64,000 nucleotides of DNA, taken from Lingula anatina (taxonomy: Eukaryota > Animalia > Brachiopoda). Below are positions 53,081-64,000 of the stretch, piece after piece. The notes under the pieces are model-generated. The model did no database searches. It was not told where the DNA came from and saw only the letters and a program-made list of their open reading frames with translations. Numbering within the stretch: the first letter of the stretch is position 1; each line of letters begins with the position of its first letter. The DNA is taken from the NCBI GenBank assembly GCA_051362555.1, contig CM120645.1, forward strand, positions 11,532,001 to 11,596,000. The letters run 5' to 3'. Both the position numbers and the translations under genes were made by a program.

Positions 53081-55651
53081 TGTAATTTTTACATCTAAGT
53101 TAATATGTAATACATTCAATATGTGTATCTGTATTATGAAGCTGTAAATATCATGTGACTTTAACATATAAAATAAGGATCATACTGTATATCAATACAG
53201 AAATAAAAAATATCGCTTGCATAAACGTTAATGTTTTAAGATCAATTGATAAATGTGAACTAATTTGAATATATTGTACATATTAAAGCATAAAGATTAT
53301 ACATATAAAGGGATATGACATAGTGATATAATACTGATAATCCTTTTTTGTCTAGATTCCCATAGTGTGTTTCATAAACTCTGAAGTATTGCAGTATGCA
53401 TGCTTTATTTATGAAACTGTCGAGAGAGAGTATTTTTCTCTGTTGGGTAAGGCTAATGTCACTAGGAGCAATGTATCACTTTCTGTGATGATGACAAATG
53501 AAAACTGAAAGTCAAATTTCATGAAGAGAAAAGTGAAAATCAAAAATAATGATGTAATTAAGTCAAAGCTCTCAAAACCTCCAATGATGAACCAACTTCC
53601 TAGGTCAATATTTATCAAACAATGCTGTTGTCTAAACTGAAGGAGATAAATGGATTTCTAACAATGATAAATGGAAGGAAAATTTATGGCTTGACAACAC
53701 GCATTGCTATCAGAACCAAAACAGGCATAAATATCTGTGGCAGTATTAGTAATGTATAGTTCATAGTAATTATGGCTCTCATCAGATTCCATTGAGGTTT
53801 TTGACACGCAAAATAATGGAAGGACTAACATATATAACCATGATATACAGAAGCTGATGGCAAACCTTTAAAGGCATAATAATATTGTTTATTGAGGAAA
53901 ACTGCATTGTTTTGAGGTAAGACTGGCACTTTTTAATTCTGTCAACAGCTATAAGTATATGGTAATAGGCATAGTCTCCGTTTTTATATGTATGAATGTG
54001 TATGGTGTTTTGCCATCTTTATGTAGCATAATTGTTAGTTGTGGAAATAATTAGATTTGAAAAATGTAGATTTCAGATAAGTGTCTTTTTTTAGAGTTCA
54101 TATATGAACATCATTGCTTCTGAACTGCAAAAAGCTGTAAAATGCTATAAATTTGTAAAAGTACTGAAGTAACACAAATGCAGAGTTTCAAATTAGATGA
54201 AATAACCATAAACCATACATACCTTTTGTAGAAGATAGTATTACAGATATATGTTAGCCGTAAAAATGTAGTTATGTATGTATGTATTCATATGTACGAG
54301 TTCAAATGGGGGGATGGGTTATTCCTGTACATGTTCTGTAAAGACTGCTGCTTTCATGTTATTCATTGCACATTTTAACATGTAGATTTAGATGGACTGG
54401 TAGGTTTGTTTGTGGAAAGTTATCTTCCATCTTCCTGCAGTGTCTGTTTCACTACGTCATCGTGTCATGTCATTGTCAGAATAATTGCTGCTACATTCAG
54501 TTTTCCAGAGCAAAGGCATTCATTGAGTAAAAGATACTGGGTTATGTTAGACGTAAGCTTGTCAATGAAAAAATTGGAAACTGTAAATTAATCTGAAATT
54601 AGCCTAAATCAGTTTTAAAACAGGAATAAACTTGTTCAAATGATTTTACATTGGAAATTAGCTTGAAACTGAATTTAAACCTTTTTTGATCAGAAATTGG
54701 GCTGAAAAAATTCAAAATGACTCTATGCTAGGAATTGGCCAGAAACAGGGTAACCCAGCCCCTTCCTCTCAAGTCTGGATGGGCTCTTGGATTGATTTAA
54801 ATTAGGAGTAAGTTAAAAGCCAGACACACCATTTTATGTTTTTAAATTAAGAGTAATTTAAAAGCCAGACACATCATTCTTTCTATTATGTCAATTGGTG
54901 TCTTCATTTAAAGGGGTCATTATCTTACTGTACTTTGTTGGCAGTAAAACTCTCTGGGACATTCTGGTAAAAATAGATAACAGTTGATATATATAAAAAA
55001 TAGATAACAGTTGATATATATAAACATAAGAAGCTAGCGATAACCTAATTATAAAATATTACTTTCCTGGACCTGCCAGTTCTTCCATCTCACAAATAAA
55101 GTAGTGCCATTACTTTATATTAAGCCATATGTGCACCCAGTTTAGAAAAGTGGCCATCATCTATGCATTAAAGCTCTAATTTACACCAAAACGTGTGGTT
55201 TAAAGAAAAAAAATGGCAGTGCTCATTTACAAAAAAGCTATGTCATCTTCAGAAATATGTAAACTTTTCTCCTTAATAATTTAAGGTAACTTTTTGTGAT
55301 AAAGTATATTACACACATATCGTATGTTTCCTTAATGTGAAGCCAAGCATATTTTATAGTCACTTCATTGTGTGAAGGTTAGTCCTCTGGTCTTGTTTCA
55401 CAATAAGTCTTCTGTAGATCTGTAACTGATTTTACAATTTTGTCCAGTTTAGGTCCAATAACAGATTTAAAAACTATATATAATATATTTAATAATTATG
55501 ATCATTGCTATATTGATTTCTTACACTAAATGGGATTTTCTCATTTTTTGTAGAGTGAGAAACCTGCATACATTAATCCACGCTCTGGAATCTGTCCAGA
55601 AACCTCGCAATCCCCATAATAGCTAGCTAAGGTAACGAGACCTACAGTCTC

Positions 55652-55966
55652 TTTGGCTCTGTAATCTCGACTTAGACCCTTTCCCCATCGAGTGGTATAC
55701 GGGACTGCACTGGTCCAATTTGAGAGATAGACAACTTCATTTTCTGGCTATTTTACAAAAAAGTCGACTAAACAGAACCCCAAACTCGACTCGGCCAATT
55801 AATTTACTTAAATATACAGCTGGAGGCGAGCGTTTGTCGAGTCTGCGAAAGGCAATAAAGCCCTCTGTATCGTAATTATAGGCAAGGGCACGACGAAGTG
55901 GACCGGTACAGTTAGGTGTACTGCTCGATGTGACAAGGGTCTGGTTTAAGTCACGTTGGAGCCAAT
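55652..55966. mobile_element. Diverged foldback DNA-transposon remnant in putative synapsin 3' UTR
   Basis: agaccctttccccatcgagtggtatacgggactgcactggtcca (from 55674) aligns with the reverse complement of tggaccggtacagttaggtgtactgctcgatgtgacaagggtct (to 55942). Outer ttggctc/gagccaa also pair. The segment is CpG-rich. Confidence 0.6.
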
Positions 55967-56619
55967 TTATAGTCAGTTTAAGGCATCCACATTAAGAATT
56001 CCCTGGTTCGGTAGTGTTGATTTTATTGCGCCAGACTTAAGAAGTACTGTGACTTTTGCTGTTCACTATACTCGTGGTTGAATGGAATAATTACGATAAC
56101 TTGCTTGGAAAACATGCTGTGGGCCCACCAGATAAATTATAATCAACACTTGAATCAGAATCTTCATAATGTGCATGCATTAAAATGACTCCATATCGTT
56201 TAAGAATTATTTTTTGTCCAATTTCAACAGAGCTAATGCCTCACATTTTTGTTGCAAACATGGATGGAGTTTTTGTCTTGTTGTCGAGGTTATGGTTTTG
56301 TTGCAGGATTCTTTGAAATAAGAAGTGCACATTTTGCTGCTGAATGCTTGTTGTATTGAATATGATTCTGTCGAGTTGGTGATTATAAATAACTTGCCAA
56401 CAGCAAACATTTTTTTTCTTTTTGTAAATCCCTTAATAATGAGATAACAGCCTACTCTCTTGGTGTAATGCGAGAGATATTATATCGTATCAAATGTAAT
56501 ATGTTAATAAGAATTAATTTATTAGAAAAAGAGAGAGAAGCGATGTCATACTATTACATGTACAAATAATGTGTTTTGAATTAAAATTGACACTATTTAT
56601 TTGCATACGTGCTTGTGGA

Positions 56620-56625
56620 AATAAA
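56620..56625 (+). terminator. Candidate distal synapsin polyadenylation signal
   Basis: AATAAA with TGTA upstream, then CA and a GT/T-rich element (cacttgttgtgttttttt) about 25-40 nt downstream. Implies a 3' UTR of about 3.55 kb. Another AATAAA lies at about 53202. Confidence 0.45.
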
Positions 56626-57826
56626 ATATTATTTATGTTCCAAATTTTCACTTGTTGTGTTTTTTTTCTTTTTTTATTGCTCTGTGGTTTTAAAGAAATT
56701 ATAAGATATTCCAGACGCTTGTTTCTTGTAATTGTTAATTTGGAGTGACAGTGTATGAAGGTTGTTTTTATTGAAGAAAGGTCTCCCCTTCCTTTGAAAC
56801 TAATCTTACCAAAGGCAAAAGGCGTCCTGCCAAATGTTTACGTTGAGGTACTTCTCGTGCATGTATGTGTGCTTATATATTCTCCTGATAACTTTCAAAT
56901 TAAATAAAACTTTGTTCAATATTATTTTCAGAAGAGGAAACAAAATTCTTATTTGTAATTAAAAGCACATATTTCAGAGATATGATGACTTAGTAGTAGG
57001 TATAATTTTGTTGACAATTTTCAGTGTGGAAAGTGCTATTTGCACGCCAGCGCATTTGGTAAGCGTAACATTCAATCATTCTCATGCCACCCCCTAGATT
57101 TTAACTACCAATTACGGTTATATTAAGATCCAATTACATTATTCAAATGTTTTGAAATAAAACGTTGCTGAGGAAACGCAGAATTTACTGATTTTCATTC
57201 CTGTTTTTTACCGGAAGTACCTATTTTAGCATAGCACATGTTGGGGGCATGATCAGATGACACTTGTTTTCTGCGATTTAAAAAGCCTTCAGGACATGCA
57301 TGTCTAGAGTGCATTTTACCCTTTTTAAAGCAAATGATTAATTTCCTTGGATATTTTAGAAACATTCGTTCTATCACTAAGCTACTTCCAATCCAAAATT
57401 TGATGGAAGTGCAATCCATAAACCCGTTTTCGAGTTGTAATATCTAAATGTTACCGTTTATTTTATATTACACATAGGCTTTTTAATACTACCGAAATAA
57501 TCTGTTTAGTGACTTACTAAACGAGAATTGTGAGATAATACCATTTAATAATTTTCTTCGATTTTAATGATCTTCTCTGCATATTAATTGATTTTAATTG
57601 AAACTGAAGGAAAATTAACTGAATATCTTTATGTACAAAGATCCTGCAAATGCTTCACAGATATTTTTTAAAATATTTTTTATTAAAATGAAAGAGATTC
57701 CATAGTTCTAATCGTTGTTAACGGATGCACGGCTTTTTGGAAATTGAAGGAATTCCAGTATCAATATCAAAGTCATTTGTTCTTTGTAGATAAAATTTAT
57801 AAATTGCATTCAAATCGACAGCAAGT

Positions 57827-58033
57827 TTAAATTAAGATCTCTCGGTCCATTTTTCCTGAGCACAATAAACCAGCGATTGCAACAGAGGCGATCTCTTTGA
57901 CCCGTTCGTCCAGGTGGCGCAGAATGTCTTGCAGGGTAAAAAGAACTCGGTCAGAAGAACAGTGGACTACGTTGGAACAGGCAAGAACCGCCACACATAT
58001 GGTCCCGTGGATAACTCTGAGGTCTGAGTCAAG
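57827..58033 (-). CDS. Probable terminal coding exon of an unidentified convergent gene (HEAT/ARM-like segment)
   Basis: ctttacag acceptor, then 68 open codons LDSDLRVIHGTICVAVLACSNVVHCSSDRVLFTLQDILRHLDERVKEIASVAIAGLLCSGKMDREILI*. The GC-richer, coding-like composition ends near the stop. Missing from the ORF track because no start codon gives 60 aa or more. Confidence 0.5.
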   Translation of the reverse strand, partial: LDSDLRVIHGTICVAVLACSNVVHCSSDRVLFTLQDILRHLDERVKEIASVAIAGLLCSGKMDREILI

Positions 58034-59963
58034 CTGTAAAGTTTATTTTATTTCATTGTGACATTTTTAATCGCTGGAGTCCATTATAACCGTTTCCTTT
58101 TTGTTTCTTAACATTTGACCACGATTCGCCAGAGCTTATTAAAAGTGAAAATCCCTCTTATCTTTCCTGCCTTACATCCAGTATTTAAATAGACCCGTCC
58201 AAGCTTTGTTTCTGAGCGTGGTGGGAGTGGAGTGAAACAAGACAAACTGCCTAAATACTAAACATACTCGTACATATATTTCAACTTTTACTGATTCATT
58301 TTAAACATTTTAAAAAATCAAGAAGAGTGATATTCTAGAGATATTCTAGTTCCTGCTTGTCTTTTGGCCGCCTTTTTATATATTATTCAAATTTTACTGC
58401 CAATTCTTTGCGCGACAATGTATCTGTTGTGAGTGATATGTGTAATATTTCAGGCACGTCGAGGTTTGGTTTCATTTTACTAAAAGTATCTAAATTAAAT
58501 TTTCAAGCAGTCCAAATCACATTTTTTTTTCTAAAAGGTATGCAGACCGCTGTTACAATTTCATGATAGAAACGGGTTGTCGACATTCTATGTCTTAGTA
58601 AAATTCATTTTTAGTGAATTCTCACCATTTTTGGAATTAGACCAGCCGCAAGATTGTACAGCAAGGCAACAAGCGATGACTTTATAGACTATAAAAATTT
58701 ATTTGTGTTTAATAAATAAAGCACACCCTTTCACAGGGCATATTTTCAAAATGAAGCGATCACAGGATAATTCCATTTTTACCCCCTTGCATTTTTTTCT
58801 AACCAAAGCATTCTACGAAATTGTTGTCAAATTTTAATAATTGAATTGCAAAGTCCCATTTGAGTATTCTTGTATTCTTAATGTGTGTTATTTGACTGGA
58901 GTGAAAAAAGTGTTAAAATGAAAGATGTTTATAACAATACATTGATAGAAAACTGTTCGTTTTTTATATATTTGTGTATGAGTTCAGTTTTTTTTTTCAC
59001 AAAAGATGGTTCACGTATCCTGTTGAATATCGAAAAGAATTCTTCTACATGAGCAGGCAAAAAAAATTGTTGCATTTACATACTAGTAACAAAGGCGTCG
59101 ATCCATATATTTATACCTTTAAAGAAGACCAAAATGGGTTCCGTTTATTATAAAACTAGGACATATCCTAAAGAATTGCTTTTGCGAAATAGATCATGGA
59201 TTTTTCTGGAAATTGAAATAGTAATGAGAACATTATAGATGGTGAGAAAAATTTATGTGCAGAGTGGTTTGGTTGTAGTTATTTCACAATATAATACTGT
59301 TTAGACATTTTTCTTATCACAAGTAATTCTATTCTGTGAAACATATAAAACGATCCTCGGAGAACAGTGGCCGTACTTGTAATACAAACTGCTGTAGACT
59401 GCTTTCCAGCGTTACTCTATTGTTCGTGTATCCAGTATACGTCTACCTCGTGTTATGCGAACCGTTTTCATGCGTCTATAGGGAATCACATTCTATACAC
59501 ATTTTAGATGACTTTTAACTCTAAATTCGGCAGCGAGCGCGTTCACGGAGCCAAAGTGTTTTAATACAGCAAAAATAGTCGGCATACACTCTCGAAATGA
59601 CTTTATAATTGAGTTTTCCCCATTTGCCGTTATTAAAACATCTTAATGGTCGACACTTCACTGTCTCTCTCACGCTGTCCGCCAAGCGCTCGATATAATT
59701 CTGATTTATTCCACTACTGCACATAGCACATTTAACAAGATATTCCGTTCCAAACTGGTAACTCAGGTCGTATTTACACTTAAGCTGGGACGGCCTAGCT
59801 TATTACTGTGCAAATTATCTCTGGAGATTGTGTGATGAAGATTTCGAGCCATTTCAAACGCTGAGAACGGGTGGGCAGGACAATGATAAAGTTTAAATCC
59901 AACAGCATAAATAGAGGCAATGGAGGAATTAGATCGGCTTTCTTCAATTTAAAATTCTTATTT

Positions 59964-60012
<49 letters not shown>

Positions 60013-61840
60013 TGTAAGCCATCAAAAATGGCTGGGGTTCTACGGGTGCATTTCCAGCAAGCTGTTGACAGTTAACCATCGTATCCTTTCTGAAAGACAC
60101 GCTTTTACGAACATCTACTCCTTCCATTTCCGACACTCGATTGACTCCCAACGGCAAGAAATTGGAATCGCATGTATCGCTTAGATAGCACGGTGCTGAC
60201 TAAAGCCGTTATGCTTGAAATGTTACTGTAACCTAACTTTAAGAATATGTACCTACACATATCTTTCCAATCACACGACACTGGATCTCCAAACATAACT
60301 CCCGATCGTCTTTGGTATATTGCAGATAATTCCTTAAGCGGAGCTTATTCGAAGATGTTAAATAATATGATCGACGGGGGAGGTCGTTTACACATTAAGC
60401 TTAACCGGCCCGCAATGAATCTAGTGTGAACTGACACTATCTACCAACTAAAATCATAATTCCACAAGCTTTTTGAGGCGAACAAACGTCGACGAGTTAC
60501 TGAATGTAAATTGCTTGCATTTATGAACGAGCTATAGGCGCAAACGTAGGCAAATATCCATAAATCTTCTCATGCCAATCACACACAGAAATAAATATTC
60601 GTAATAATTCATCTAAAATACCTCTCTGTCATTTTCCCTGTTATTTGAGAAGCATTTACGATGTTTAATGTCCCATTAAAACACCATGCCATTAGTCTTC
60701 TTTCTCATTTTTTTCAAACAAAATTAGAAGCTATATTTGTACAGTTCGCAGATCCTCATGAGACAGATTCAGAAGATGAAGTTAAATAATTTGGTTGAGA
60801 AGACGACGTAATCACATGTAACATCTTAGTGATAATACATTATCTACTTGTCTCTAAGAGCATTTGCCTACTCTCATGATGCTACATACGTCGAGTTTGT
60901 GCTATCAGGAAGGCGTATTATACCACTATGCACTTAAAAGGTATATAATGAGCATTAAAAGGTATATAAGACCTTGTATATCAAAGTATATTATCACTAC
61001 CGAAAAAAACGTTTGCACTGCCGGCTTTCTTTAAGTTAAGCAATTTCCCTTTATCATTGGTGTACACCCTATATATCCAAAGCCGTTTAGAAAATAACTA
61101 CCCATGAACTCATCCTTAAGCTCTACTATTCAAAATTTTACTGAAAAGAAAAACAGATCAGTCAACTCACGAGTTAATTAATCTTATATCGCAGCATTCT
61201 GCCAATCGAGATCAAGACCCAGGTATTTTAATAACTTAATGCAAAAATGCAAGGTGCAATATTATCTGCTACCCAATATACACTGTATTATACACCATAG
61301 CATAAACGCTGATCTCATCAAAAAGCACTGAGAGTCTATTTCCACGTAATAAAACATACAGGGAATTACGAAGTTTCAAAGAGACACACAAAGTGCGCGT
61401 TTGCATTGTTTCTTGCCTCATCATAAAGTATATCCATACATGTGCATTAAATACCAATCAAACCAGATCGTATTAGTACAATTGTAAATATAGAATACAG
61501 GGCACCTGAGGGAGTTAATACTTGCAGGTTTAATATGAATTTCTTATATCAATTTATTCTTTGTTTTACTTTATACACGCAAAAGTCTATACAATAATAA
61601 GTGTAAAAAAACAATAAAAAGGCATGAATTCAATGTTGGTATATATACATTTAGGCATGGGGTTGATGGAGCACGGATGCATTATCATTGTAATACAGTA
61701 TGTCATATTATCTATAGTAATGACTCGATCTTTTCAATGGGCAAAAATTATCAAACTTTCAGATCCATAATTTTATAATCACAAAATTTATAAAATTATA
61801 TTTCTACATAACATTTGTGGTGCTTGGTGTAGAGAATAGA

Positions 61841-62452
61841 ACTATGGAATTGCCTCCTTTTTAATTTTGTTGCTATCGCCCAATAAGAATGTTCTCATTT
61901 TAAAAATTATTACTTAACAATACAGTATCTGTAAAATTCACAATTTCCCTCCATGTAAAGATCGAGTAATTGCCGTATTCTGTTATACTATTATATTAAA
62001 TCTATATAAAGGCTACGATCTTGTTACATAACTGATGGCATTCCACTAGATCATGCAGCATTACCACTTTTTCTCAGAGTATATTTATATAATATATTCA
62101 CATATGCATTCACATGTGTACACAGTTGGGGACTAGAACCAGATGGGAACCGTACGTTATTACTGGAAAATGTGAGAAGTTAATCAGTTCGTTAGGCAAA
62201 AGCACATGTTACATGTACAGTGTAACTCACTTTGCGTTGTAGACGATCTAGGTCTGCAGTTTTTGTGGAATAACTTATCAGCACTATGGAGTAGCCTGCT
62301 TTTTACTTTTGTTGCTATCATTCAATAAGAAATTCTTATTTTAAACATTATTACTCAATAATACAGTATCTGTACAATTCACAATTTTGCATTGAAAAGA
62401 TCGATTAATTACAGTATTCTATTTTACTGTCATATTAAATATAATATAAAAG
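61841..62452. repeat. Diverged direct repeats of about 170 bp (61841-62011 and 62283-62452)
   Basis: actatgga..gcct.cttttt...ttgttgctatc...aatacagtatctgta.aattcacaattt...aaagatcga...atattaaat is shared. A partial inverted copy lies at about 61719-61740. Confidence 0.7.
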
Positions 62453-64000
62453 ACCTCTGAGGTTACAATGTAATTCACTTTCCATTTGGGAACGATCAGC
62501 TGCTTTTATGGAGTCATATAACCAAAGTAATCAGTATTATTTTTATTTTTGCTGTCTTTATGAGCTGATTACATATTAGTAGACAGAATCCAAAACTTTG
62601 TCGAAAGCAATATATATATCACCCCTCTCTCTCTCTCGCTGTTTGTGTATGTGTGTGGTTGGTAGGGTCTTGTGCATATAATGGATGTACAGAATTAAGG
62701 CGTGCTTTTAGTAATATATATCATGGTATCTATGACCATAATCAAAATGCATATGTTGTATTTTGAGAAGCATCTTCATTTGTTTCCGAGTCTAGTAAGG
62801 CACACCTGTCGACAAGACGCTGCCTTGGTTTTAGAGTCTGTTTCAGATGTTCAAGACTTCTTGTTATATCATCGGTTCTCGCCTTCTTCACCTGGGATCT
62901 CTTTCACTTAGGAGCTACAGCCATTTAACTGCTTTTAACGTTTATATGGAAAATTCTGTCCACTTTCAAATATTGCTGGTAGTACTCCAATTAAATGTAA
63001 TGTTGCACCTGTTTTATTACAGGAGTCAGATGGCTAATGTTTCAGAACAATACTTATTGTATTTTAGAATAATATGAGTTTACTCCTATCTTGAACCGAA
63101 TTTGATCAAAATTTGGGTCCAAAAATCTGGACCAATATCTCGACTATAGCCGTGTCGGGAACCTAGACGTTTTTGGACTGAAGAGAAAACGGTTCTTGGG
63201 AATTTTTTTTGTGTGTGTTCTGGAAAGAAACGGTAACACTGTAAGATGAGGGTGAATTAATAGGCCCACTCACATACACATTAAAGAGACTTTTGGCATT
63301 GATAAATGGCAATGATAATAATAGATGATAATTTGGATGATCCAGCACCACCCTTTGCGCTTTTTTCCAATCCCCGTACGTCTAGGGACCATCTCTCGAC
63401 AACAGAATCCTTGCCTTTTCAGGTGGTTCACAGGTGTGAACATCCGATTTAAGCAACACTTAACCCCTTCGACTCCCCACGCGTTTTTTATTTGCCACCA
63501 ATACATGAAAACATTGATATTCTCCAAGTAAAAGGTACATTTCTAAATCTAGAAACTAGATGATTATTACCGCATGACCGTGTAATGTTTATAAAGGTCG
63601 ATGTGTGAGGCACAACCCTTTTGGAATATTCGTGTGATATTTGGCAGTTTTTTTTTTTTTTTTTGTTTTTTTTTTGTATTTGGAAACCAATAAAAAGACC
63701 TATTTCTCGTTATAGTATTTTTTGACGTACATCACCGATTCTTTGAAATGTCAAAGATTTCATTGTTTGTTTTAGGTTATCTTTTGTGCCATAAGCCATG
63801 TTTTAGCGTTAATAATCTTTCTTTTTTAAACATTCTGAAGCTAGCATACTGGCACCTTTTGTATTATTTCTCTCGTAGTTTATCTCCCTCTGGTGACAAA
63901 ACACATAAGAATGCATTGTACAAAATCATGTGTTAAAAATTCAAGCATCAATCAAAAATTCTCATTTTGGTAATATTCGAAAGTGGAAACAACGTAGGAG

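Noticed and set aside
57908-57922. CTCF-like motif CCAGGTGGCGC
   Set aside because: Lies inside the probable coding exon (codons LRHL on the - strand); a single motif match is not evidence of an insulator.
63460-63480. TTAACCCCTT, piggyBac-like terminus
   Set aside because: No matching opposite terminus or transposase identified within the window.

Overview
AT-rich eukaryotic genomic DNA from an invertebrate, most likely a mollusc or other lophotrochozoan, judged from the synapsin termini. It is not prokaryotic. The main feature is a complete 11-exon synapsin gene on the + strand (CDS 7391-53080; all exon phases join to 1524 nt = 507 aa plus stop). Its 33.4-kb fifth intron (16610-49988) holds a complete 5-exon TIMP gene on the - strand (CDS 34816-23732; 233 aa, signal peptide, CSC N-terminus, 14 Cys in the mature chain). 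This is the known, conserved Syn-Timp nested arrangement. Also present: two in-frame alternative splice donors in synapsin, a uORF overlapping its start codons, and two near-identical palindromic Tourist/Harbinger-like MITEs bracketing exons 2-6. There are further foldback elements (one in the putative 3' UTR), a 37-bp minisatellite and microsatellites. Candidate extra minus-strand exons lie inside the large intron, and a probable terminal exon of an unidentified convergent gene lies near 57.9 kb. I found no convincing wholly new biological system; the best leads are these splice, RNA-structure and orphan-exon observations.
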